This document shows, in pieces, positions 49,301 to 59,390 of a stretch of DNA of 64,000 nt. The translations under genes were made by a program, and so were the position numbers. Each line of letters opens with the position of its first letter. The first letter of the stretch is position 1. The notes under the pieces are model-generated. The model searched no databases. It saw nothing but the letters and a program-made list of their open reading frames with translations, and was not told the DNA's origin. The stretch is taken from positions 60,277,872 to 60,341,871 of the forward strand of contig NC_068983.1 of NCBI RefSeq assembly GCF_001194135.2. The letters run 5' to 3'. The DNA comes from Octopus bimaculoides. Taxonomy: Eukaryota.

Positions 49301-52300
49301 CATTTTATCAAAGGGCTTTTTCTCAATAACTCTTAGATGAATTGTAATAATAAACATAAGATATATTTCCTTTGCTAATAAGCATAATTTATGACATAAA
49401 TGTGAGTAAATAAAAAAATCACTGAAGTTCCTAACAGTAAGCCTGTTATAAAGAACAAGTTGCAACAAAGTACCAGAAGTAGATGTAAATTTGTCAGTTA
49501 TTGCCAGCTAATTAAAGTAATCAGTTCAAAGGTCAGAAGCTTCTCTCTGTTTCTGGTATTTTGTTGCGTCTCTCAACAAAAGACTTGTACTTCATAACCG
49601 AATGTTACCTTCGACAAATCACTCTCATCCAAGAGATTGTTATCCCCTTCTCATTATATAAATCTTTAGTTAAATATATTCTATAAGAATATTATATACT
49701 GAATTTACAGTGAGTGGTCTTAAAGTATTTATACATTTAATATGAGTGATTATATATAATATATTGTGAAATGATATCAGGAAATTAATATCAGAAAAAT
49801 TCTTCAGAAAGATATATACATGTGTAGAATAATTATTATATTAAAATATAAATATATATAAAAAGATATGTATAAGTATAAATATATAATAATAAATATG
49901 ACAGTTTAAAATTAAGTTTTTAAAACATCTTACGATCATTTCACAAAAGTATTGTCCCTATAATGGAATCCTATCTTGATAAACATTTATAGACAATACT
50001 TCTGCTCTTCAGAGATATCAAATGTGAAGTTTGAATAATTTATCGATAAATTATACAAACTTCACATTTTATATCTGCTTCTCATTGTTCATTCACTACC
50101 AACAAACGAAAACTAAACATCATCATCATCATTAGCTTTACAAACCATTGTAGCTTCATTTTCTTACTTTAAAATTTATTTTTGCAGTCTGTTGGAATAT
50201 CAGTTGAATTCTGTTCTCATATCGCTCGAGGCTTTGCTGTATCTAAGGAAGGAGACAGAGTCACAAGGGCCCAATATGCTGTGGCTCATACAGGAAGTTC
50301 AGTAAGTGTTACACTTTCATTCTATTATTACTTCTGCCTTAGTGAAGGCAGAGGTATTGTTTTCAGTCATGTTTTTTTGTCCGTGGACAAGATATCTCAA
50401 GGACTGCTGGATGGATTCGGATGAAACTTTCAGGGATGTTTGGCCTCGTGACTGGCACAAACTGCTTATATTTTGGGATCGATCTGGTAGCGGGCAAGGA
50501 TTCTGGATTATTTTTCCTGTTGTTTTTTTACTTAATTTTTGAGAACGGTCAGGTTCATTTTTAGTATTCTCGTTTGTGAAATCTACTATTGAGAAATCTG
50601 CAGTTACTATCCAGATTACAAGTTCAGGTTTATACCTATAATTATTGGGGCCCTGAGATATGTAACACACTGCCTAAATACCAATCTTGAGAAATTAGGT
50701 TTCTCAAAACCAGAAAGGAAACAGCTAATTTGAAGGCTAGAGATCCAATCCATTCACTGGAACTGTAAAAATCTGTAAAACTTTTCAGAAGTTTATCATT
50801 TAAATATATATGAGCATGTCTAGATATGCAGCTATATACATGAGAATACATACATAAAACAAAACATACAAATCTGCACATACATACATACATGCATATA
50901 AACAAAAATACCCTTTTGTTAATGTTGAAATTTCAATGAAGGAGCCTTGGATCTAGGTTAGAAACCAATTCTTTCTCTATTGGCAAGAAATCTTGAAATG
51001 AACTGAATAACGACATACATACATACAAATAAAACAATATTATACATAACTCTTGTTTTGTTTTTCAGGTAATGAGTGGAATAACACTGACCAAACTTTT
51101 TGGAATAATTGTTCTAGCCTTTTCAAAGTCCCAGATTTTTAGAGTCTTTTATTTCCGAATGTATCTTGGCATTGTATTTTTTGGAGCAACCCATGGTCTA
51201 ATATTTTTACCTGTTTTGCTCAGTTATATTGGTAAGTAGTTTGTGGTTCTCTTGTTTCTTCTTCTTTCACACTCTTTATTGTTAATAGACTGTAAATGGA
51301 TTCTGTGATGCTTTCTGCAATATTCCAGTTGATGGTTCAGTGATGCAACCAACACACTGTGTGACATACACCATAAGTAACTGCGTATCCCACAGACACT
51401 TGTATCTTAAATACAGTCAACAGACAGAATCAGTACAATACAGTTCTGTGTCAAGGCTGGACCTCTTAATTACATAGTGTCTAATGGGACTCCATTCTGT
51501 TTCCATCTTCCTGATTTCACTCGGGAAGCTTTTGCTGACCTATTTCACTGTTACCATGACAACCAACATTATTTCTTTTTTAAGTATAAGCTTCAAAGTT
51601 GAGTCAGCGGAGAGAAGTTCCAACTAGATGAAATCTCCAAATGGTTTAACTTGCACAAGTCACTGATATCCAAGTGGCTAAAAAGGGTCAGTAGAAGGGT
51701 ATCCAAGATGGCGGCGAGCTGGCAGAAACGTTAGCACGCCGGACGAAATGCTTAGCCGTATTTCGTCTGTCTTTATGTTCTGATTTCAAATTCCGCCGAG
51801 GTCAACTTTGCCTTTCATCCTTTTGGGGTCGATAAATTAAGTACCAGTTACGTACTGGGGTCGATGTAATCGACTTAATACCTTTGTCTGTCCTTGTTTG
51901 TCTCCTCTATGTTTAGCCCCTTGTGGGCAAGAAAGAAATAAGGGTATCCAAGAGTCAGACCCTGGATGTGCTCTGGCCCCTTTCGAGTGTAAGAAGTAAA
52001 GGACCGAAATACTTGCCTGAATAGGGCTTCTTCTCTAAAGACCTTCTGGTGTTCAGCTTTCTTGAGAGTTTCTTACCACCCAGGGTATTACCCAGGGTGG
52101 CAAAAGAATACTTCAAAGATGGGAAACATTCTAGTTTTAGAAAGACCTGATTATCACAGTTTCTTTAACATTTTTTGTTCTTCACTTCATAATTTAATTT
52201 CATGGTCATTCCAATAACAATGTTGATTCATCACCATTTAATGTCCATTTATCATGCTGGCATGGGTTGCACAGTTCAGCAGGAGCTGGGAAGTCAGAGA

Positions 52301-52988
52301 ACTACAGCAAGCTCCTGCATCTGTTTTGCTATGGTTTCTATAGCTGGATATCCTTCCTTAATACCAACCACTTTACAGAGAATACTGGGTGCTTTTTACA
52401 TGGCAACCACCCCACAACTGAAGGAGATGTCATTATCCACCGAAACATGGAGTTGGTGTTTCCTGCAAGTCATGTTTCCCCCATAATAAACAGGTCACAT
52501 CTCAACAAAAAATATTTTGGGTATATAAAGCTGCTTTTCACAGTTAACAGTAATAAAATTTTGACTAAATGTATCTGATACTTGCATTAAAAGGATTGAA
52601 AATCCCATGCTGGTGCCACATAAAAAGCACCCAGTTTGCTCTATAAAGTGGTTGGCATTGGGAAGAGCATCTAGCTGTAGAAACCATGCCAGACTAGACA
52701 ATTGGCACCTGATACAGCTCTACAGCTTGCCAGCCCCTGTTTCAACTGCCTGACCCATGCCAGCATGGAAAACATATTAAATGATGATGATGTCAACTAG
52801 CTATCATTTGAACAGACTTCTCTCTCTCTCTCTTTTTCTCTCCTCCACCCTTTTCATTTATTTATTGTGTCTATTCCTTTTTTACAGGTCCACCAAAAAG
52901 AAATGTACATCACTTTGAAATTGAAGACAAAAAGAGTTCTTCAGAGCGAAGTGATAGTGAAACCAGAGAAAGATATCAGAAAATATGA
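4865..52988 (+). CDS. NPC1: NPC intracellular cholesterol transporter 1 family (Niemann-Pick C1), spliced gene model of 21 exons, lacking the signal-peptide exon
   Basis: Manual splicing of 21 GT-AG exons gives a continuous 3801-nt frame with NPC1 hallmarks: CVWYGx[24 protein letters not shown], sterol-sensing domain [72 protein letters not shown]. Invertebrate genes are likely co-orthologous to vertebrate NPC1 and NPC1L1. Confidence 0.97.
5645..6165 (-). mobile_element. RTE-clade LINE reverse transcriptase remnant with an inverted 5' segment
   Basis: - strand [41 protein letters not shown]; + strand 6105-6164 [20 protein letters not shown]. Confidence 0.72.
6367..6925 (+). mobile_element. 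SINE family A copy interrupted by a young SINE family B copy (about 6395-6622)
   Basis: Family A head GGCGTGGCCGTGTGGTAAGAAG split by GGCGGCGAGCTGGCAG...GCAATAAAGAAAT; 7-bp duplication TAAGAAG at 6388-6394 and 6623-6629. Confidence 0.85.
7384..7751. other. Assembly gap flanked by (TA)n
   Basis: N run; other gaps at 32515-32767, 39375-39384, 43428-43662, 63059-63579. Confidence 0.99.
10683..11074 (-). mobile_element. Well-preserved tRNA-derived SINE family A (CORE-like GGCACCTTGGGCAAGTG, internal microsatellite, tail ...GACTGAAACAAGTAAAAGA)
   Basis: A/B-box head; many related copies, e.g. near 2880-3255, 4258-4605, 5150-5530, 15710-16020, 19430-19820, 21345-21712, 22245-22620, 46055-46470. 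Confidence 0.88.
12379..12474. repeat. Compound (CA)n-(GCAC)n-(CG)n microsatellite inside a SINE A copy
   Basis: Direct reading. Confidence 0.95.
13015..14014 (+). CDS. NPC1: NPC1 1000-nt exon (sterol-binding NTD, proline linker, TM1, TM2, start of middle lumenal domain)
   Basis: tttcag acceptor; contains ORF 13071-14018; donor AG|gtaagt at 14015. Confidence 0.97.
15239..15311 (+). pseudogene. tRNA-Phe(GAA) pseudogene in an NPC1 intron
   Basis: 63/73 identical to the canonical eukaryotic tRNA-Phe as recalled (GCCGAAATAGCTCAGTTGGGAGAGCGTTAGACTGAAGATCTAAAGGTCCCTGGTTCGATCCCGGGTTTCGGCA); anticodon arm intact; acceptor, D and T stems damaged; no CCA. Confidence 0.88.
16502..16729 (+). mobile_element. 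Internally deleted Tc1/mariner element
   Basis: About 28-bp imperfect TIRs TTTGGTTGTCCGGAAAGTTCGTGCTGATTT / AAATCGGCACAAACTTTCCGGAAAACCCAA, TA on both sides, internal mariner C-terminus [33 protein letters not shown]. Confidence 0.85.
16815..16947 (+). CDS. NPC1: NPC1 exon ([11 protein letters not shown]...DKDFMHE)
   Basis: AAG acceptor; AG+T completes Ser; donor gttaga; 133 nt. Confidence 0.92.
17973..18199 (+). CDS. NPC1: NPC1 exon (VLDLQNAI...[10 protein letters not shown])
   Basis: tttcag acceptor, donor gtatgt at 18200; 227 nt. Confidence 0.95.
18655..19078 (+). repeat. Interspersed repeat of unresolved class
   Basis: Non-coding block between two SINEs that I recognise as an abundant Octopus repeat; no second copy seen in this window. 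Confidence 0.4.
19903..20000 (+). CDS. NPC1: NPC1 exon ([10 protein letters not shown]...[17 protein letters not shown])
   Basis: ttacag acceptor, donor gtatgt; 98 nt. Confidence 0.93.
22650..22967. mobile_element. hAT-like element with a tandemly duplicated left part (about 150 bp)
   Basis: CAGG(A/G)CCAGCTCAAGGTAC...GTCAGCTTGTACATGCT occurs twice; right end GGGCCAGTCCTG. Confidence 0.55.
23940..24100 (+). CDS. NPC1: NPC1 exon (NATAFIITF...AWEKKF...ISFSAE)
   Basis: tgcag acceptor, donor gtaatt; 161 nt. Confidence 0.95.
25199..25327 (+). CDS. NPC1: NPC1 exon ([11 protein letters not shown]...[16 protein letters not shown])
   Basis: Long pyrimidine tract plus cag, donor gtgagt; 129 nt. Confidence 0.96.
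26071..26253 (+). CDS. NPC1: NPC1 exon, sterol-sensing domain (IDSKITLG...[13 protein letters not shown])
   Basis: ttttcag acceptor, donor gtaagt; 183 nt. Confidence 0.97.
26856..27065. mobile_element. piggyBac-like MITE family 1
   Basis: TTAA-CCCTTT...AAAGGG-TTAA; related copies at 33055-33229 and 41481-42254. Confidence 0.8.
27705..27819 (+). CDS. NPC1: NPC1 exon (RDVGD...[17 protein letters not shown])
   Basis: ttttag acceptor, donor gtaagt; 115 nt. Confidence 0.96.
28070..28541 (+). mobile_element. SINE-like family C with (GAT)n tail and tandem hairpin-bearing 5' units
   Basis: Core GAGTGGTTGGCGTTAGGAAGGGCATCCAGCTGTAGAAAC...GGAAAGCGGACGTTAAACGATGATGAT; copies at about 9760, 18510, 26480, 36120(-), 38900, 39385, 41930, 48680(-). 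Confidence 0.85.
29195..29401. mobile_element. hAT-like (Charlie-type) MITE with an internal AT microsatellite
   Basis: Perfect 14-bp TIR CAGTGGTTCCCAAC/GTTGGGAACCACTG; imperfect 8-bp flank GTCTATAC. Confidence 0.8.
29704..29831 (+). CDS. NPC1: NPC1 exon ([17 protein letters not shown]...LDAKRQK)
   Basis: tttag acceptor, donor gtaagt; 128 nt. Confidence 0.96.
31463..31597 (+). CDS. NPC1: NPC1 exon (ANRLDVLCC...VRPII)
   Basis: ttttcag acceptor, donor gtgagt; 135 nt. Confidence 0.95.
32860..32949 (+). CDS. NPC1: NPC1 exon (VVVFSLWF...[12 protein letters not shown])
   Basis: ttgcag acceptor, donor gtaagg; 90 nt. Confidence 0.94.
35814..36004 (+). CDS. NPC1: NPC1 exon (DSYVLQYF...GPPVYFV...[11 protein letters not shown])
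   Basis: ttttag acceptor, donor gtaagt; 191 nt. Confidence 0.96.
37104..37225 (+). CDS. NPC1: NPC1 exon ([17 protein letters not shown]...CCRY...FCDAD)
   Basis: AAG acceptor, donor gtaatt; 122 nt. Confidence 0.95.
37251..37336. repeat. (CT)n microsatellite with C-run interruptions, 25 nt after an exon donor
   Basis: Direct reading. Confidence 0.9.
38109..38331. mobile_element. piggyBac-like MITE family 2
   Basis: TTCA-CCCTTTTGTTA...TAACGAAAGGG-TTAA; related copies 40031-40251, 60753-61020, 41408-42403 (split), about 21050-21275. Confidence 0.8.
38692..38815 (+). CDS. NPC1: NPC1 exon (VNPDCVPC...YLPWFL...CSKG)
   Basis: ttacag acceptor, donor gtgagt; 124 nt. Confidence 0.95.
41310..41368 (+). 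CDS. NPC1: NPC1 exon ([19 protein letters not shown])
   Basis: ttccag acceptor, donor gtaagt; 59 nt. Confidence 0.93.
42844..43809. repeat. 25-bp minisatellite spanning an assembly gap
   Basis: Unit (G/A)ATT(A/C)CCAGTGGCATG(T/C)(T/C)GTGTCCT; about 38 units if the gap estimate is right. Confidence 0.95.
44343..44674 (+). mobile_element. Non-autonomous Penelope-like insertion: inverted arms, tRNA-like module and hammerhead-derived motif
   Basis: 15-bp TSD AAAAGTTAGCTTATA (44328-44342, 44675-44689); CTGATGA...CAGCC-GAAAC at 44587-44619; homologous to the 58.8-59.4 kb element. Confidence 0.72.
45065..45203 (+). CDS. NPC1: NPC1 exon ([13 protein letters not shown]...ARIIA...IFPY)
   Basis: ttccag acceptor, donor gtaagt; 139 nt. 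Confidence 0.96.
45430..46033 (+). mobile_element. Decayed LINE (probably RTE) 3' end with three C2H2 zinc fingers, split by a SINE B copy
   Basis: [23 protein letters not shown]; [22 protein letters not shown]; [22 protein letters not shown]; frame is continuous once the SINE and its duplication are removed. Confidence 0.68.
47034..47202. mobile_element. hAT-like MITE
   Basis: TIR CAGGACCATCTTAA/TTAAGATGGCACTG; 8-bp TSD GTTACAGC/GTTACTGC. Confidence 0.78.
47285..48070. mobile_element. Crypton-like non-autonomous element with an internal duplication of about 350-370 bp
   Basis: 5' TTATTACTTTGC...GCAAAG hairpin-like start, AACGGCTGAACAGATTTTCACCAAATTTGG block, 3' hairpin GCATCG-CCCCTC-CGATGC plus T run; class recalled from motif similarity only. 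Confidence 0.42.
48349..48580 (+). CDS. NPC1: NPC1 exon ([10 protein letters not shown]...[11 protein letters not shown])
   Basis: ttccag acceptor, donor gtaagt; 232 nt. Confidence 0.97.
50188..50301 (+). CDS. NPC1: NPC1 exon ([14 protein letters not shown]...GSS)
   Basis: tttgcag acceptor, donor gtaagt; 114 nt. Confidence 0.97.
50325..50560. mobile_element. Crypton-like non-autonomous fragment just downstream of an NPC1 donor site
   Basis: ATTACTTCTGCC-TTAGTGAA-GGCAGAGGTATTGTTTT start; GGATGGATTCGGATGAAACTTTCAGG block. Confidence 0.45.
51069..51231 (+). CDS. NPC1: NPC1 exon (VMSGITLTK...[13 protein letters not shown])
   Basis: ttttcag acceptor, donor gtaagt; 163 nt. Confidence 0.97.
51709..51939 (+). 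mobile_element. Young SINE family B copy with a perfect 14-bp target-site duplication
   Basis: AAGGGTATCCAAGA at 51695-51708 and 51940-51953; CpGs largely retained; related copies at about 6395, 11650, 18290, 34155, 34960, 41015. Confidence 0.9.
52888..52988 (+). CDS. NPC1: NPC1 terminal coding exon ([33 protein letters not shown])
   Basis: ttacag acceptor, G+GT=Gly, TGA at 52986-52988. Confidence 0.92.
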
Positions 52989-55900
52989 GCGCTAGACTTG
53001 TTCTTTACAAGAAAACGAACACCGCCATTCTTGTGTTGAGAATGAATTCACTGTACAAAGCCAATAATGATAATAATAATATGAAGGGAGGAATTGTTCA
53101 TTAGTTACTGAGTGATTATTTAAATGAAAAAAAAAAAATTGCAGACGGATTTGATAATCCCCCACCCCCTCTATCTGTTCCTAAATTTTTAACTCTTAGA
53201 ATTCAAAATAACATCATCACTACTACTACTACCACCATTACTTCTGCTTTTATTTAATTTGCAGGAGTGTTTCTCCCATAAAACACAAGAATAAAAATAA
53301 TTTAAGTAACAACAATTTACTAATAAAAAAACCTGCTTGATTCTGTTTGATTTCTTAAGCTTCTCCAATGTTTGCAGGATTCTCTCTTTCTATAAAATAA
53401 TTTGCATTTTTTTTTAATCAAATTCAATGTTTTTTGTTCTCTTTTCAGTACAGTGATTTTTTTTCAATTTTCTTTTTTTTTTTTATAAAGAAAACATTTT
53501 TTGTAAATAGTTCCATTAAATATAAAATAATTCCATTAAATATAACATGATTTATAGATTGTTGTTTTATTTAAACAACTTTTTTTTTAATGTACCTCTC
53601 ACGAAAATACGACAGTCACATTTTGGTGAGTGGCGGGGGTTGTCAAGTTTCAGGTTTTAATTGTTTTTTGATGTTTTTTTTTTCAAGTGATTGGGAAAAT
53701 AGCGTTAATAATGTTAACAAGATGAAATAATTATTTCTGACACACAAATTGGCACTTGAATGATTTGTTTAAGTTTTCATTCTATTTGTTTGTTTTTAAC
53801 ATCTTGATTATGACCATGCATTCCAACTGTCTCCAGCAAAACATATAATGACAGTGAAGATGAAAACATTAAACTGAGCAAATGAATGGGAAAAGTTCTA
53901 TAACTTTAGTGGGGTGGAGGGGACCGTCCTTTTTTTTTTCTAGGGCTTTGAAGGGCTATGTTTCATTCAGAATCCCTCCGTCACAATAAGTACTCATCTC
54001 AAGATGTTCTTTCCACATGACTAAATCATCCTCCCTGCTCGTAAATAAGTCCCAACTAACATATTTTCATTCTCTACAAATGCTAGACCTCACATTCTCT
54101 GATTACCTTTCAAGGTTACCACACATCTATATTGCCAAGACTGCATCTAACAAAAGTTGGGGGTTATTCTCTTCAGCTTTAAACAATTTCTTTATAAATC
54201 CTGTGTGTATACCACAGAGAATTCTCTTTGAATATATACAGAGCATATCTAACTTTACTCACCTCCCACAAAATGTCATCTGACTTATAAGCAAGCTTTC
54301 ACTTATTGTCATGTTGCCACCACTAAATCAGTGATGTGCACACAAACCCTGTCTCTTTTACTGCTACTATAAACAGTTTCTGTTCTCCTCTGAACTTTCT
54401 AACTATGTATACCTCCTAATGTATGTCATCTGTATTTACATAGACTCCCCTTTTTTTTGAAAATATTTCCCAATATCTTCCTCCCAGAACTTGTGACCCT
54501 CTAAAAAATACTCCTTTGGTATTTCTAGATATTTGACTGATGTAAATTCAAGCTTATACATCAACTGTCCCTAAAGACTGTTGGCATATTCCCTCTTCTT
54601 TGTATTAATAAGAGAAGAGAAGCACCCCAAATTAACATAGAATATTTTGTCTTTGTTTTGTGTGGAATTTAAGAAAAATATAAATGTTAAAATTATCAAA
54701 AGTTAGTAAACATGACATGATAGTTTAGTAAGAAAATTTTGAGGTGGCAAAATTGATCAGTTAGTCAGTAGAGCATCTGACAAAATATTTTTGTCATTTG
54801 ATAGAGCATTGGACAAAATGCTTTGCAGATTTTATTTCAGCTCTTAATATTTGGTGTTCAAATCCCACCAAAGTCAGCTTTGTTATTTTTTCTTTCAGGG
54901 TCAATAAAGTACCATTCTGAGTGGTTGGGTGGTAGAATCATTAGAGGGTTAGACTAAATACTTTGTTCCAGTGTTTTGCATTCTGAGTTCAAATCCTGCT
55001 AATGTGTACTTAGATGGTAGACTTAATCTCCTGTTCTTTAATCCTACCACCAACTTGTTGGGTACCCTTAGCAGAATTTGCTTTATTGTAAGCATTCAGG
55101 TTAGGTTCCTAGTTTGAGTGTAACTTCTTAAATTCCTCTTTCTTTCCAGTCTCAGGGGCTCTATAAAGGGTCAAAGGTCATGACCCTTTGTAAAAGGGCA
55201 TGATCTTCCTTCTGACTAAATGAATGAAAAATATCAGAACTACAATTAAAATTTCCCTTTAGCAATTATCTAAAAATCTGTATGACATCATTACATTTGT
55301 AACCATTGGTAAGTTATGAGTGGTTCCAGAAGATGATTTTAAATAGTCAAGTTCGTGTTTAACATCAATAGACATAAAAATTCCAAATCTTTTTTTATAT
55401 TTATTAGAAATTATTATTATCAATAATTATGCTTTTGTTTGTTTGTTTTTTACATGTATAAATCCAGTTCAAATGACTTCAACTGCTGTAAATCTGTGAG
55501 TTTGATGGTTGTGGGTAGTTCATGCCTGATTGAGACACCATTTCATTATCTAACTATGAGATGAATAATTATATAGATTAGAGACTTCACAACCAGCTCT
55601 TAATTAAATACAGCTTATAACTCAATACCTGCTGCAGTTGTTTCATTGTATTTCTGGACACAGTGCAACATTCTGTTCCTCAATTCATCCAACTCTAAAT
55701 AAATGTCAGATATTCTGATGGTAAAAAATGGTAACTTATTCAAAGAGCAGGGTGGTTATATTTCTAATCTACTTAACATATGTCCCTGTGTGGTACATAG
55801 AAACAGTTATCATTATTGCAGCAACACTTTGTAGACTTTCTGAGAATGAGTTAATTTGATAAAGTTGATAAAAAGTGTTAGCTAAAAGGTTGATAATTAT

Positions 55901-58814
55901 AAGAATTTATAAATGTAATGTTTGAAAATTAAAAAAAAAACAGGAGGGACAAAATTTAACATAGATTGTATTAGATATATGCTTAAAAGGAAGGGAAAAC
56001 ATTTTGATGTTTCAGATGTTAGTCCTTCATCAACTTTTTCCCTTCTTTTTAAGCATTAACCTAATACAGTATTTGCTCAACCTTGTCCCATCTGGGTTTT
56101 TTTTTTTTTTTTGTTTATTACATTTACTGTTTCTAATTTAGATACAAGGCTAGCAGTTTTATGAAGAGAGACTTTCTTGATACTATCAACCTCAGTACAC
56201 TACTGGTACTTCGTTTTATCAACCCCAGAGAGTTGAAAAGCAAAGTTGACCGTCATGAGATATGAACTCAGAAGAATGCTTTTTTGCCAATGTTCTAACA
56301 ATTCTTCCTCATTTTTACACCAATTTTGCTGGGAGGGAGCTAGTCAATTACACCATCCTTGAAAGGAAGGCAAAGTTGGTCTCGTTAGGATTTGAACTCA
56401 GAACATAAAAGATCAGAAGAAATGCCACTAAGCATTTTCTCGGGTGCACTAATGATTCTACTCGCTCACTGATGATAATAATAATAATAATAATAGTAAT
56501 GAACTTGTTTACAGTACTTGGGTGCATTACAGCAGACTTTCATTCAACTGCAAAATTCTATTGCCAAAAATGTTAGTTTTTGTACAATATGTAGAAGAGT
56601 AAATAAAAGACAAAGGAATTTGGCAGGAGACACTTCCCCCTAATGAACAATAAGTAACATTCAAGACTAGCTTGTTTTTTAAAACACCAATAAAACATCC
56701 TTGGATAAGTCTTATATTCTTTTTAAATATTCTTTTTTTTTTTTTCTTTGATAAACAAAATTTTTAAAAAATTTTCAGAATTGTCATTATTTTACCAAAA
56801 TGAAAACTTTTTTTTTTGTCACCTAAATCGGTTTGTGAAATACTTCATTGATTAAATGAACTGTCAAATATCTTTAATCACAAATACATGATAAATGCAT
56901 AGCATTGATGCTCACACAATATTGTTTCCACGAAATACAACACTTTTTGCAGCTTGATTCCTCTCTGCTTTTCTTCTCCTGGATTTCCTTCCATATTTAT
57001 CTGATTCTAATTTTGAAGTTGTTTTTATTTTCATTCTTTTTTTTTGTTTTAATTTATTTTTTACAAACAAAACTTTTGATTTAGAATATTGATTGAATAA
57101 AAAATATTTTTACAATGAATATTTGTTGTTAATTTCATAAAAGGCTCCCCATGCTGGTTCCTCATAAAATGCACCTGTACTGGTGCCACATGAAAAGCAC
57201 CCATGCCAGTGCCACATAGAAGTCACTCATTACACTCTGTAAAGTGGTTGGTGTTTGAAAACCATCCAACTCATGCCAGCATGGAAAATGAATGTATGAT
57301 GATGATGATGATGATATGTGTGTATCTGTGTTTCCTTGTCTTGACATTACACGGTGATTGTAAATAAGTGTCACTGTCATACAAGCAGTGTCGTTTATTT
57401 CTGATATTCCATGTAAACCATGTCTGACCATGAGTAAATAGATGAGGGTTTCTGACAGGAAAGGCATCAGTCTGTAGGAAATCTGCTTCACTAAACTGTG
57501 TGTGGCCCACACAAGTATGGAAATGTGGATGTTAAAATGATAATGATTGGATTGTGTCTGAGAGGCATACCACCTCTGCCTCCCAGTCTGTTCTCACACA
57601 AACATGGCCATATGGTTAAAAAGGTTGTTTCCCAGTCATATGGTTTGGGGTTCAGTCCCAACATGCAGCACTCTGGGCAAGAGTCTAAAATAATCCAAAG
57701 CTAATCAAAGTCCTGGAAACTGAAATAAGCTTGTCATATATACGGATATGTGTTTGTTTGTTTGTTTACATTTGTGCTCAGTGAAGGTTGTCCACTATGA
57801 CTAATGTTGCCATATCTGTCAATAACACATCTACTTACATCACCCTTTTGAAGATGTATGGCTGTGTGGTAAAAAGCTTGCTTCCCAACCACATGCTTTT
57901 GGGTTCAGTCCCATTGTGTGGGAGTGTCTTCTACTATAGCTCCAGACTGATCAAAGCCTTGTGAGTTGATTTGCTATTGGTGTTCCATTCAAGGTAATGT
58001 TGTGCTTTCGGTCATTTATCCCCGATTGAAACTGAGTAACCAGGCTTATAACTTATAGGGCTCAAGAAAAATATATTAAAAAATTATAGAGGTAGTAAGG
58101 TAGATAGACACAGGCTTGAGACATATATTGACATGGAGCACAAAATACAAATTATATAATGAAAAAACATTATGTAATGTCTTGTTTTGACAGCTGTTTC
58201 AAGAGACTAATCTTACATAACTATATTGATAGGTGATATTGTTTGTTGTTACCATATGATATGTGCATGTTGTCACAGGTATCCAACCAGTGACAAGTCC
58301 AGATGAAATTGTTCAGTAAATTTGGCCTCCCTTTTCAAGAGTAGAGTGAGATATGACAAACTTGTGAAAAAGCCACTACAAGGCCACTTGGTCCTTTTAG
58401 AAGTAGCAAACCACCACCATCATTATCTTAAAAAAGGGAACAGTTATATTGAGTGATGTGGTCTTTCAAAGATACAATGCCCCACTGGGAATCGAACCCA
58501 GGAGCTTCTGATTGTGAACTGACTACTCTAACCATTAAACCACACACCTTCACTCTCCAACAAACTAGATACTGTGGTGAACAGCATCTTGTGGGGAGGG
58601 GCAGAATATGAGACATAAAAAAAGAGTGGAAAAAAAGAGATGAGAGAAATAAACAAATTTATTGCAGTAAAAACAAAACAAAACATAAGAAAAATTTAAT
58701 AATGAATGTGTAATTATATGTCAACTTAATAAGAATATAATACAATTTCATATATTAGAATATGATAAAACTTAATATACAACAATATGATACAACTTAA
58801 TATATTTAAATGTT

Positions 58815-59390
58815 GTTCTATATTTTAGAGATGAGGAATTCTGTACATTATTTACATTGGATGGATATGTGTCCTCATCTTGTTTGTTGTAACCACAACA
58901 TTGAAAAATTGGGTAAAGCTGACCATGTGTGGAAAAGCAGAGACCACCTTCACCTATGGGATGAAGTTAAAATAATAGACAGAGAACACCACTGGAAAAT
59001 ACGAAGACTAAAAGAGGCAGCACATATGGTAGGACACAATAACCTCTTAAGCAGAGTGAGTGCAGATATGAATAGCATATGGGAACCGGTATTAAGAAAG
59101 GATAGGAAAATATTAGATTTATAAGCTCTAAAATTCACTCTATAATTGCCCACAGGCATATAGCATAATGGTTACGAGCACGGGCTACTAACCCCAAGAT
59201 TGCGAGTTCAATTCCAGGCAGTGCCTTGAATAAATAATAATAATAATAACATCGGCAAAAATACCTTAGGAATGAGAACCCAAGGTAGGGTTCAAAATTC
59301 TACCAGGAGATGAAGCTGGAGAGTAAATCACCTGAAACATTGTGGTAACAAGATGAAGACACATATCCGTCCAATGTAAATAATGTATAT
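58815..59390 (+). mobile_element. Penelope-like element 3' end: GIY-YIG C-terminal fragment, tRNA-like module, decayed hammerhead, inverted arms
   Basis: Peptide KADHVWKSRDHLHLWDEVKIIDREHHWKIRRLKEAAHM; inverted arms about 58842-58900 and 59340-59388. Confidence 0.75.

Noticed and set aside
51061-51077. AG|GTAATG junction resembling a recursive splice site
   Set aside because: The GT is the conserved Val codon at the exon start, and using it would delete an essential TM exon.
4865-52988. Search for U12-type or non-canonical introns and for loss of key sterol-sensing/TM residues
   Set aside because: All 20 introns are GT-AG with U2-type donors. Equivalents of human E688, P691, D700, E742, D786, P1007, I1061, E1166 and H1170 appear conserved.
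54000-54560. Possible decayed retroelement coding sequence downstream of NPC1 (also 14130-14410 and 23400-23700)
   Set aside because: No recognisable motif in my translations; needs tBLASTx.
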